From Acidimicrobiia bacterium (GTDB taxonomy: Bacteria > Acidobacteriota > Vicinamibacteria > Vicinamibacterales > UBA2999), in the NCBI GenBank assembly GCA_016871375.1, contig VFYY01000004.1, forward strand, positions 1 to 56,047: a DNA stretch of 56,047 nucleotides, written 5' to 3'. The position numbers and the translations under genes were made by a program. A model generated the notes under the pieces. It saw only the letters and a program-made list of their open reading frames with translations. It was not told the DNA's origin and ran no database searches. Positions 38,399 to 46,312 of the stretch are shown here, one piece after another. Every line of letters starts with the position of its first letter. Position 1 is the first letter of the stretch.

Positions 38399-39031
38399 CT
38401 ATTCGTTGGTCCAGTTCACTTCCGCCGCTGCCGCGTATTTGCCGGGCCATTCGAGCCGGAAGTCTCCGTGCTGCGCCCGCATGGTCTCCGTCGTGGCGAT
38501 CTTCGCGTCGTTCCAGAAGAAGCCGCCCTGCGGGTAGACGATGTGCACTTCTTTCGCCTGACCGGACATGACGTCTCGAATCGGCGTCAACTGCAGCTCC
38601 ACGGCGCCCGCCACCCGCACGAGGGACTGCTCGCCGGCGGCTTTGATCTCCACGGGCTTGCGAATCGGGCCTTCGAACTTCGCGATGGTGCCCGCCAGCG
38701 CCTCCCACGGCATGCCGCCGAGCTGTCCGGACAGCACGGACGCGAACGCGTTCACTTGCGCGTCGCTCGCCTTGTCGTCGATGAACAACACGACGTGGCC
38801 GTGTCCTTCATGGATGGCCTTCGGGTACTTCGCGGCGACCACCGCGCGAACCCCCTTCAGAGACACGTCGCCGACGCGGCCGTCCGTGACGTCGAAGCCG
38901 ACGATGAACTCGCACTTGCCCTCGTTTGGAAACCCCGCGAACTGGCAGTTGCACCCATGCTGACAGTTGCAGGCTTCGATGCTCTCGGCCTTCACCCGGT
39001 AACCGGTCTTTCCAGCTGGCGCTGCACTCAT
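38399..39031 (-). CDS. DUF1326 family protein
   Basis: EACNC...CNC...C motif; usual partner of DUF2182. Confidence 0.9.
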   Translation of the reverse strand: MSAAPAGKTGYRVKAESIEACNCQHGCNCQFAGFPNEGKCEFIVGFDVTDGRVGDVSLKGVRAVVAAKYPKAIHEGHGHVVLFIDDKASDAQVNAFASVLSGQLGGMPWEALAGTIAKFEGPIRKPVEIKAAGEQSLVRVAGAVELQLTPIRDVMSGQAKEVHIVYPQGGFFWNDAKIATTETMRAQHGDFRLEWPGKYAAAAEVNWTNE

Positions 39032-39116
39032 CGCATGTTCTCCATCTTCAGGCCCTCGGACAGCCCTTGTCATAGCGGTGTGCCCCGTCGGATCGCCGCG
39101 GCGAATTGTAATCCGG

Positions 39117-40949
39117 TCAGGCGACCGACGACGCGTGCGCGCGGATGGCGGACAGGAAGATGGGGCCGAGGTCCTCGGCCTTGCGCGCGCCGATCCCCTT
39201 GACCGACCGGAGCGCGTCGAGGGAGCTCGGCCGCAGACGGGCCATCTCGCGCAGCGTGGCGTCGTGAAAGATGACGTACGGCGGCACGCCACGCTGGCGC
39301 GCGGTCTCGAGCCGGAGGGCGCGAAGCCGTTCGAACAGCGCGCGATCCACGTCTTCCCACGATTGCGCCTCGACGCGCGACCGTGCCCGCGGCGCGTCCC
39401 GGCGCACGGCGCGCTGCCGCGCGAGCGTGAGGCCGGGACAGCTCGTCTCGTCCCGCAGCAGCGTCAGCCCCTTCGCCGTCAGCGCCAGCACGGCGTACGG
39501 ATCGTCGCTCGTCCTCAGCAGGCCGAGCGCGGTGAGCTGCTGGATGTATCCGCGGAGCTCGGACGCCGCAGCCTGGCGCAACAGCCCGAATGTGCTCAGC
39601 CGGTCGTGCGCCCTGGCGAGCACCTGCTCGCTCGCGTGGCCGCGGAGCACGTTCACCACGTGCAGCGCGCCGAACCGTTGTCCGACCCGCGCCACGCACG
39701 AGAGGATTTGCCGCGCGACGACGACCGGCTCCGCCACGGCCTCGAGCTCGTCGAGGCAGTAGTCGCAGGCGCCGCAGCTGCCGGGCGCGTAGCCGTCGCC
39801 GAAGTACTCCGCGAGATGGCGGTGGCGGCAGCCGACGCCCGCCGCGTAGCGTTCCATCTGCCGCAGCAGCGCGAGGTTCGCGTCCGTCAGCTCACCGTTG
39901 GTCTGCAGCATGACGCGCCAGCGCATGAAGTCGGCGGCTGAATACATCAGCAGGCACTCGGCCTCGAGACCGTCCCGCCCCGCGCGCCCCGACTCCTGCT
40001 GATAGTGCTCGACCGATCGGGGTGCGCCCGCATGGACCACGAAGCGCACGTTCGAGCGGTCGATGCCCATGCCGAAGGCGACGGTGGCGACGATGACGTC
40101 GATGCGCTCGGCGATGAAGTCGTCCTGGTTCCTGCTCCGCTCGGCCTCCCCGAGGCCGGCGTGGTACGGAAGCGCGGGAATGCCTTCGCCGGTCAGCCAC
40201 GCCGCCAGTGCGTCAACCTCGCGCCGCGCCGTGCAGTAGATGATCCCGGCCTCCCGAGGGTGCCGCGCCAGGGTGTCGAGGAGCTGCTGCTTCAGCCGGG
40301 CACGCGGCAGCACGCGGTAGACGAGGTTCGGCCTATCGAACGATCCGACGAGCTCGACGGGATCCACCAGGCCGAGCTGCGTGGCAATGTCGTGCCGCAC
40401 CCTCGCGGTGGCCGTGGCCGTGTAGGCGTGGACGCTGACCCCGGGCAGCCGTTGCCGGAGCTGCGCCAACTGACGGTACTCCGGCCTGAAGTCATGGCCC
40501 CACTGGCTGATGCAGTGCGCTTCGTCAACCGCCAGGAAGCTGACGTCACACGCCGCGAGCAGCGCCAGAAAGCTCTCGCTGCCCTCACCCACCAGCCGCT
40601 CAGGAGAGACGTACAACAAACGGTAGCGCCCCTCGCGCAGACCGGCGACCGCCCGCGCTTTCTCCGCTGCCGTGAGCGAGCTGTTGTACAGGACCGCTGG
40701 CACGCCGTTGCCCACCAGCGCGTCCACCTGGTCTTTCATGAGCGAGATCAGCGGCGATACCACGACCGCGAGTCCGGGCCGCACGAGGGCCGGCGCCTGG
40801 AAGCAGAGCGACTTGCCGCCGCCGGTGGGCAGCACGACCAGCGAGTCGCGCCGGGCGAGCACGGCCTCCATGGCCTGGCGTTGAAGGGGCCGGAACGAGG
40901 AGTACCCCCAGTACCGTGCGAGGACGTCTTCGAGCGGTGAGTCAGGCAA
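39117..40949 (-). CDS. recQ: ATP-dependent DNA helicase RecQ
   Basis: PTGGGKS, DEAHCISQWGHDFRPEY, TATA, QESGRAGRDG, RQC cysteines and HRDC domain. Confidence 0.96.
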   Translation of the reverse strand: MPDSPLEDVLARYWGYSSFRPLQRQAMEAVLARRDSLVVLPTGGGKSLCFQAPALVRPGLAVVVSPLISLMKDQVDALVGNGVPAVLYNSSLTAAEKARAVAGLREGRYRLLYVSPERLVGEGSESFLALLAACDVSFLAVDEAHCISQWGHDFRPEYRQLAQLRQRLPGVSVHAYTATATARVRHDIATQLGLVDPVELVGSFDRPNLVYRVLPRARLKQQLLDTLARHPREAGIIYCTARREVDALAAWLTGEGIPALPYHAGLGEAERSRNQDDFIAERIDVIVATVAFGMGIDRSNVRFVVHAGAPRSVEHYQQESGRAGRDGLEAECLLMYSAADFMRWRVMLQTNGELTDANLALLRQMERYAAGVGCRHRHLAEYFGDGYAPGSCGACDYCLDELEAVAEPVVVARQILSCVARVGQRFGALHVVNVLRGHASEQVLARAHDRLSTFGLLRQAAASELRGYIQQLTALGLLRTSDDPYAVLALTAKGLTLLRDETSCPGLTLARQRAVRRDAPRARSRVEAQSWEDVDRALFERLRALRLETARQRGVPPYVIFHDATLREMARLRPSSLDALRSVKGIGARKAEDLGPIFLSAIRAHASSVA

Positions 40950-41095
40950 CGGTCTTCATGATTGCACGGCTGCCGGCATCGCCGCGCGCATGAGCGCATG
41001 GCTTTAGGGTCTTCTCAGGATCGCCGTAAGGACAGTTCAGGAATCGCGGCCCGCGGGCGCCGAACGGGCAGGGGCCGAGCGGGAGCGCGACGGGG

Positions 41096-41854
41096 CTATG
41101 AGCGGGTCCGGGTGCGGACGGTGCGCTTTTTCCTGCCCGCGACGAGCTGCCACGCGTCGCGGATATGAATTCGCAGCGCATCGTCGCGAATCGCGCCGAG
41201 CATGATCCCCACCCAGCCGCTGGCTCCCATGTAGGGCGGCTTGAAATAGGTGCGCGGCGCGTCCTCGATCAGGAACGGCTGCAGGCCGTTGGGCACCGGG
41301 ACCCAGAGCGCGAGCCGGCCGTCATCATGATGATGGTCGGCGAACATCGCGAACACCCCTTTGTCCTTCTCGACGAAGAAGGTCGGCGTGCCGTGGGACA
41401 GCTTCTCGGTCACGCTCGGCATTGCTGCGCACAGACGACGCACGCGCTCGAGCTGCGCCTGACGGCCCTTCGAGCGCGCGCCCGCTCCCTTCTCGCGGCC
41501 GGTGAGGACGTCGGCGCGAAACCTGGCGATCCGTCCGATCAGGGTCGTGGGAACCGGTTTCGACAGCGGGAACCGGATTGAGCTCTTGCTGCGCTCGTAG
41601 GGCGCGAGCTCGCGCCTGAAGGCCGCGACGAGCGCGTCGTTCACCGGATACAGCGCGTAATGCGCTTTCCACCCCGCGAAATAGAGCACCGGCACGCCGT
41701 CCAGCGTGTACGACGGAATCTGATACGAGAGCCGCTCTTCCGCGCGCGGCACGGCCTTGCGGATCGCGCGGCGCACGCCTTCGAGGATCCCGCGGACGTC
41801 CCTGGGCTTCGCCGCGATATACGCGTCCACGGATGTGAACCGCGTCTTTGCCAT
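41096..41854 (-). CDS. DUF1801 (YdhG-like) fused to an MmcQ/YjbR-like domain
   Basis: SVDAYIAA...E.LSYQIP.Y...IRFPL.KPVP, followed by E.LSHGTPTFFV...YF.PPY.G..GWVG. Confidence 0.82.
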   Translation of the reverse strand: MAKTRFTSVDAYIAAKPRDVRGILEGVRRAIRKAVPRAEERLSYQIPSYTLDGVPVLYFAGWKAHYALYPVNDALVAAFRRELAPYERSKSSIRFPLSKPVPTTLIGRIARFRADVLTGREKGAGARSKGRQAQLERVRRLCAAMPSVTEKLSHGTPTFFVEKDKGVFAMFADHHHDDGRLALWVPVPNGLQPFLIEDAPRTYFKPPYMGASGWVGIMLGAIRDDALRIHIRDAWQLVAGRKKRTVRTRTRS

Positions 41855-42023
41855 CAGAACCCCGCCATGTTCAGCACGCGGCCGGCGATCCTTGCGCTTC
41901 CCTGGGCGAAGGCCGAGGCGGCGCGTGAACCATCGCACGCATTCTGGCATGGGATCGCTCGACGCGAAGCGGGCCGGGCGATATCATGGTCCCGCAGATG
42001 GACCGAGAGGAGATCCCGTCCAC

Positions 42024-42938
42024 ATGAGAGGCATCATCCGACTCGCGGCCGCGCTTTCGTGGATTGCGCTCACCGTACCTGTCGCCCGCGCCCAGGGCGA
42101 TGGGCAGGCGCAGCTCGCACCGGGGGAATGGCAGCGTCTGCACGCAATGGGACTGCGCTACACGAGCGCGGACGATCTGTATCAGGCGCTCGAGCAGTCG
42201 GCGCGCGGGGGCCGCGTGTCGCCGCCGTTCAGCGGACTGCCCGACTGGACCGGGCTGTGGACGGCCGCTGGCGGCGGGACGTTCTTCGGCGCGGCCCCTG
42301 GAGGCGCGGTGCCAAAGCTCACGGCCACCGCCGCCGCGGCGCTGAAGGCCGGGAATGAGCTCGCTGCGCAGGGCATCCAGTACGACGAGAATCTGAGCGA
42401 GTGCGGACCCCCGGGATTCCCGCGATGGCTCGTGATCCCGTTCCTGCGCGAGTTCATCGTCAGGCCGGAGCAGACGTGGCTCTCGTCGGAGACCGTGAAC
42501 AACGTCCGCCGGATCTACACCGACGGCCGCGGCCATCCGTCGGCAGCCGACGCCTTTCCCCTCTACTACGGCGACTCGATCGGGTTCTGGGACGGTCAGA
42601 AGCTCGTGATCCACACCGCCCAGTTGATGGAGCGCTCGATGGGCCGCGGGCAACCCACCCAGAGCGAGCAGATGGAAACCGTCGAAGTCTGGGAGAGACT
42701 CGACGCGCGTACCATCAAGGCCGACGCGTGGATCTACGACCCCGCCACCTATACCGAGCCGTGGTTCCTCCAGCGGCGCTACCGGCAGGTCGAGAACCCC
42801 GACAAGAGCCTGCGGATGAACTACTGGCATTGCGGCGAGAACCCGAACAACGACGTCTACAAGACCCCTGAGGGCGGGACGCAATATCGAAACTTCACGT
42901 TCACGACCACTGACGACGCAAAGGAGCAGGGGAAATGA
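42024..42938 (+). CDS. Secreted hypothetical protein (family usually adjacent to DUF6152)
   Basis: Signal peptide; LPDWTG.W, C.PPGFPRW, RRIYTDGR.H and GDSIGFWDG..LVIHT. Confidence 0.82.
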   Translation: MRGIIRLAAALSWIALTVPVARAQGDGQAQLAPGEWQRLHAMGLRYTSADDLYQALEQSARGGRVSPPFSGLPDWTGLWTAAGGGTFFGAAPGGAVPKLTATAAAALKAGNELAAQGIQYDENLSECGPPGFPRWLVIPFLREFIVRPEQTWLSSETVNNVRRIYTDGRGHPSAADAFPLYYGDSIGFWDGQKLVIHTAQLMERSMGRGQPTQSEQMETVEVWERLDARTIKADAWIYDPATYTEPWFLQRRYRQVENPDKSLRMNYWHCGENPNNDVYKTPEGGTQYRNFTFTTTDDAKEQGK

Positions 42939-43324
42939 AGACATCACTGCCGCCCGCGATCTGCGCCGCGCTGCTCGTGGCGGTCCCTGCCGCCGGGCAT
43001 CACTCCGGCACGATGTTCGACGATGACAAGACCGTCACCGTCGAGGGCGTCGTGAAGGAATTCCAGTACACGAACCCGCATTCGTGGCTGCTGGTCGATG
43101 TCCCGGGTGCCGACGGCAAAGTCACGACCTGGGGCTTCGAGGCGGAGGGACCGACGACGCTGATGATGCGGCAGGTACGACGCAGCGACTTCACGCCGGG
43201 GACCAGGGTGACGATCACCGGCCATCCCATGAAGGACGGCCGGCCGGCCGCTGCCTGGGTGAAGGCGGTGCGCGCCGACGGAAAGCAGTTCTACCCGCGC
43301 GGGCAGGCCGCGGCCGAGCCCTAG
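42935..43324 (+). CDS. DUF6152-like secreted protein
   Basis: Signal peptide, HHS..MFD, EG.V.EFQY.NPHSW; ATGA coupling. Confidence 0.85.
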   Translation: MKTSLPPAICAALLVAVPAAGHHSGTMFDDDKTVTVEGVVKEFQYTNPHSWLLVDVPGADGKVTTWGFEAEGPTTLMMRQVRRSDFTPGTRVTITGHPMKDGRPAAAWVKAVRADGKQFYPRGQAAAEP

Positions 43325-43436
43325 AGCGGTTTCTGAAACGTCGTAGTGTCCGGCTTTAGCCGGACCACACACGGCGGTGCCGATCAACTTGGTCCGGCTG
43401 AAGCCGGACACTACGAAGAAGTCGAAACCGCGCCAG
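43321..43436 (+). repeat. CTAG-bounded miniature element with REP doublet, copy 4 (116 bp, core inverted)
   Basis: Arms as in the 27951 copy, but spacer 43367-43390 is the reverse complement of that copy's spacer (2 mismatches). Confidence 0.92.
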
Positions 43437-43469
43437 GCAATCCTCCCGGTTCGGCTTCCCGAGGACCGC

Positions 43470-44492
43470 GTGAAGCGGATCGGTTTCCTGTCGTTCGGGC
43501 ACTGGACACCATCGCCCCACTCGGAAGTGCGGACGGCTGCGGATTCGCTGCTGCAGTCGATCGAGCTGGCCGTCGCCGCCGAGGAGCTGGGCGCCGACGG
43601 CGCGTACTTCCGTGTGCACCACTTCGCCAGGCAGCTCGCGTCGCCGTTCCCGCTCCTCGCCGCCATCGGCGCCCGCACGCGCAGGATCGAGATTGGCACC
43701 GCCGTCGTCGACATGCGCTACGAGAATCCGCTGTACATGGTCGAAGACGCGGGCGCGGCGGACGTCATTGCGGGCGGCCGCCTCCAGCTGGGCATCAGCC
43801 GCGGGTCACCCGAGCAGGTCATCGACGGCTGGCGTCATTTCGGTTACGCGCCGGCGGAGGGCGAGAGCGACGCGGAGATGGCCCGGCGCCACGCGGAGGT
43901 CTTCCTCGAGTTGCTCGCCGGGAAAGGATTCGCGACGCCACATCCGCGGCCGATGTTCCCCAATCCGCCCGGGCTGCTCCGGCTCGAGCCGCACCCGGAA
44001 GGGCTCCGCGATCGGATCTGGTGGGGCTCCAGTTCGAACGCCACGTCCGTCTGGGCCGCGCGGCTGGGGATGAACCTCCAGAGCTCGACCCTCAAGACCG
44101 ACGAGACCGGCGAGCCGCTGCACGTTCAGCAGCGGAAGCAGATAGACGCGTTCCGGGACGCGTGGAAGGAGGCGGGACACACGCGTGAGCCGCGCGTCTC
44201 GGTGAGCCGCAGCATCTTCCCGCTCGTCAACGACCGCGACCGCGCGTACTTCGGACGGGACGCGCGCGATCAGGATCAGATCGGCTACATCGACCCGAGC
44301 ACCCGCGCCATCTTCGGCCGATCGTACGCGGCCGAGCCCGACGTGCTGGTCCGGCAACTGGCTGCGGACGAGGCCATCGCCGCCGCCGACACGCTCTTGC
44401 TGACCGTGCCGAACCAATTGGGCGTGGACTACAACGCCCACGTCATCGAGAGCATTCTGAAGTTGGTGGCCCCCGAGCTCCACTGGCGTTGA
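43470..44492 (+). CDS. LLM-class flavin-dependent oxidoreductase (luciferase-like)
   Basis: IGFLSFGHW, AEELG.DGAYFRVHHF, EDAGAAD and RLQLGISRGSPE. Confidence 0.92.
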   Translation: MKRIGFLSFGHWTPSPHSEVRTAADSLLQSIELAVAAEELGADGAYFRVHHFARQLASPFPLLAAIGARTRRIEIGTAVVDMRYENPLYMVEDAGAADVIAGGRLQLGISRGSPEQVIDGWRHFGYAPAEGESDAEMARRHAEVFLELLAGKGFATPHPRPMFPNPPGLLRLEPHPEGLRDRIWWGSSSNATSVWAARLGMNLQSSTLKTDETGEPLHVQQRKQIDAFRDAWKEAGHTREPRVSVSRSIFPLVNDRDRAYFGRDARDQDQIGYIDPSTRAIFGRSYAAEPDVLVRQLAADEAIAAADTLLLTVPNQLGVDYNAHVIESILKLVAPELHWR

Positions 44493-44554
44493 TGTCGCGT
44501 GCGTCCGGCACGCGCACGACGCGTGACCCTGGCTCCTCGGCGCCGGACAGGGAG

Positions 44555-44746
44555 TCAACCGAGGCCGCGGACGTCGAAGCCAAATGCCCGCGCCGCCACG
44601 CCGAGCGCGGCGTCGTGCGTGGCCATCGCTGGCAGCGGTCCCATGCGGTCGCGCCAGATGAGCACGGTCAGCGTGCCGCCGTTGCGCACGGACCGCAGAT
44701 GTTCGCTCAGGCGGGCTTTCAGTTCCGCAATGCCGACGTCGCTCAT
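44555..44746 (-). pseudogene. Collapsed toxin-antitoxin operon: Phd/YefM antitoxin N-terminus fused to a PIN toxin C-terminus
   Basis: MSDVGIAELKARLSEHLRSVRNGGTLTVL is joined in frame to IWRDRMG...MATHDAALGVAARAFGFDV.G. Confidence 0.7.
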
Positions 44747-44817
44747 GACCAATTGTGGTCACGAGGGGTCACGATTGCTCAAGTGCGGCTGAGATGGCGG
44801 GGAGAGGGTCTCGAATC

Positions 44818-45060
44818 TCAGTCACTCGCATACGCTCCCCGAGCTACGCCGCATGCGTCACCATCGGCTTGCCTGAAGTGCCGGACGACATTGACGCCGG
44901 TGAGAATGGCTGCAACTCCGAATAGCCATGCACCCTCGGGCACCTGCCGGGGCAGCATCCATGCCAGCCCAGTGAGAATGAACAGAAGTCCCCAACCGAT
45001 GTCGTCGAGCCGGCGATCGAGCCCGGTCCCACGCCCTCGCGATTGTTCTGAGAAGGCCGC
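44818..45060 (-). pseudogene. Fragment of a small membrane protein
   Basis: LDDIGWGLLFILTG...WLFGVAAILTGVNVVR segment without a credible start. Confidence 0.45.
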
Positions 45061-45065
45061 CACAG

Positions 45066-45368
45066 CGTGAAGTCGCCAAGCGCCGCTTCGGCCGTCTCGT
45101 CGTCGCCGAGCAGGCGAACCCACCGGTTCGCACGATAGGCGTCCGGCCAGTCGGCCTCGGCGGCCACGATGCCGAACCCCCGCTGCTCGATCAGGGCACG
45201 CGTGACGTCGGCTCGAATCCGATAGAACTCGTGTGTGCCGTGGGTCGCTTCACCGATGAGGACCAGCGACGCGCGTTCGTCGATCGCGTCGAGCATGCGG
45301 CTCGCGGCCGACTCCGCGGTCAGTCGTATCGCATGCTGCCGGACGACCGTCACCGCAGGGTCCTGCAT
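45066..45368 (-). pseudogene. Erythromycin esterase-like protein, N-terminal fragment only
   Basis: LVLIGEATHGTHEFY..RA..T..LI...GF..VA.EADWPDAYR.NR similarity stops at ALGDFT. Confidence 0.8.
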
Positions 45369-46054
45369 CACGCGCTCCGCTTGACACGTGTCGCCGCCGC
45401 AGACGCCGCGAGGAGATGACGGACCTCTTCGTCGGACGTCTGATCGAAGTTCTCGTACCACAGCCCAACGGCGCTGAATGGCTCCGGCATCCGTGCACAG
45501 ACGACTTCGTCGGCGACCTCGTCCATCGCCCGGCACGTCTCCCGCGCCCCAACCGGAACGGCAACAACGATGTGGGACGGGAGCCGACGTCGAATCGCCA
45601 GCACCGCCGCGCGCATCGTCGAGCCGGTCGCCAGGCCGTCGTCGACGAGAATGACGGTGCGTCCTTCTACCGCAATGGCAGGCCGCGTACCCCGATAGGC
45701 ACGTTCCCGGCGTTCGAGCTCCAGCTGTTCGGCACGAGCGACCGCCTCGACGGCCGACGGTGGGACGTGGATCTGTCTCATGGCCTCGTCGTTGAGGACG
45801 CGGACGCCCCCACTGGCGATGGCCCCCATCGCGAACTCAGGATGCCCGGGCAGTCCGAGCTTGCGGACGACGAAGACGTCGAGAGGCGCGTTCAGCACCC
45901 GCGCCACTTCATAGGCGACGGGAACGCCGCCGCGCGGCAGGCCCAGGACAACGACGTCGTCTCGTCCGGCATAGTCCCGGAGTCGGTCGGCGAGCATACG
46001 ACCTGCCTCGCCACGATCGACATATCGAACGCGCCCGAAGGCGGACATGCTCAT
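45368..46054 (-). CDS. Phosphoribosyltransferase-like protein
   Basis: LGLPRGGVPVA, VRKLG.PGHPE.AMGAIA and ILVDDGLATGSTM PRPP motif. Confidence 0.92.
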   Translation of the reverse strand: MSMSAFGRVRYVDRGEAGRMLADRLRDYAGRDDVVVLGLPRGGVPVAYEVARVLNAPLDVFVVRKLGLPGHPEFAMGAIASGGVRVLNDEAMRQIHVPPSAVEAVARAEQLELERRERAYRGTRPAIAVEGRTVILVDDGLATGSTMRAAVLAIRRRLPSHIVVAVPVGARETCRAMDEVADEVVCARMPEPFSAVGLWYENFDQTSDEEVRHLLAASAAATRVKRSA

Positions 46055-46066
46055 GCACCTGCACGG

Positions 46067-46082
46067 TGCAATCGCAATACCT
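46067..46082 (-). promoter_or_regulatory. Putative sigma-54 (-24/-12) promoter
   Basis: AGGTATTGCGATTGCA gives GG-N10-GC just upstream of the PRTase start. Confidence 0.45.
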
Positions 46083-46312
46083 GTTCGCAGGCGGCGCGAA
46101 CACGTCGGTGCCCCGCGAGACCGGATTTCACGCAGCGTCACCGGTGCGTGAAATTCCTGATGGCTCCGAGAATTTTCCCGGGGGGATCACCATCGGAGGC
46201 GCCTCTCGCACGTTATGGATTGGCGGGCTGTCCGGGACGATTTCCGCAACCGGCTCATCCAATTTGCGTGAGGCGTGCCACCTGTTCACACCGAGCTCGC
46301 CGAAGGCAAGAC

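Noticed and set aside
41946-41960. TGGCATGGGATCGC as a sigma-54 promoter
   Set aside because: GG-to-GC spacing is 9 nt rather than the required 10.
124-43436. Repeat-spacer-repeat units as a CRISPR array
   Set aside because: The repeats are inverted, dispersed and share the same spacer, and no cas genes are present.
43377-43469. N-terminal extension MPINLVRLKPDTTKKSKPR of the LLM oxidoreductase as a second translated REP
   Set aside because: The family N-terminus starts at the GTG at 43470, which has its own GAGGA RBS. The extension is probably just an open frame through the repeat.
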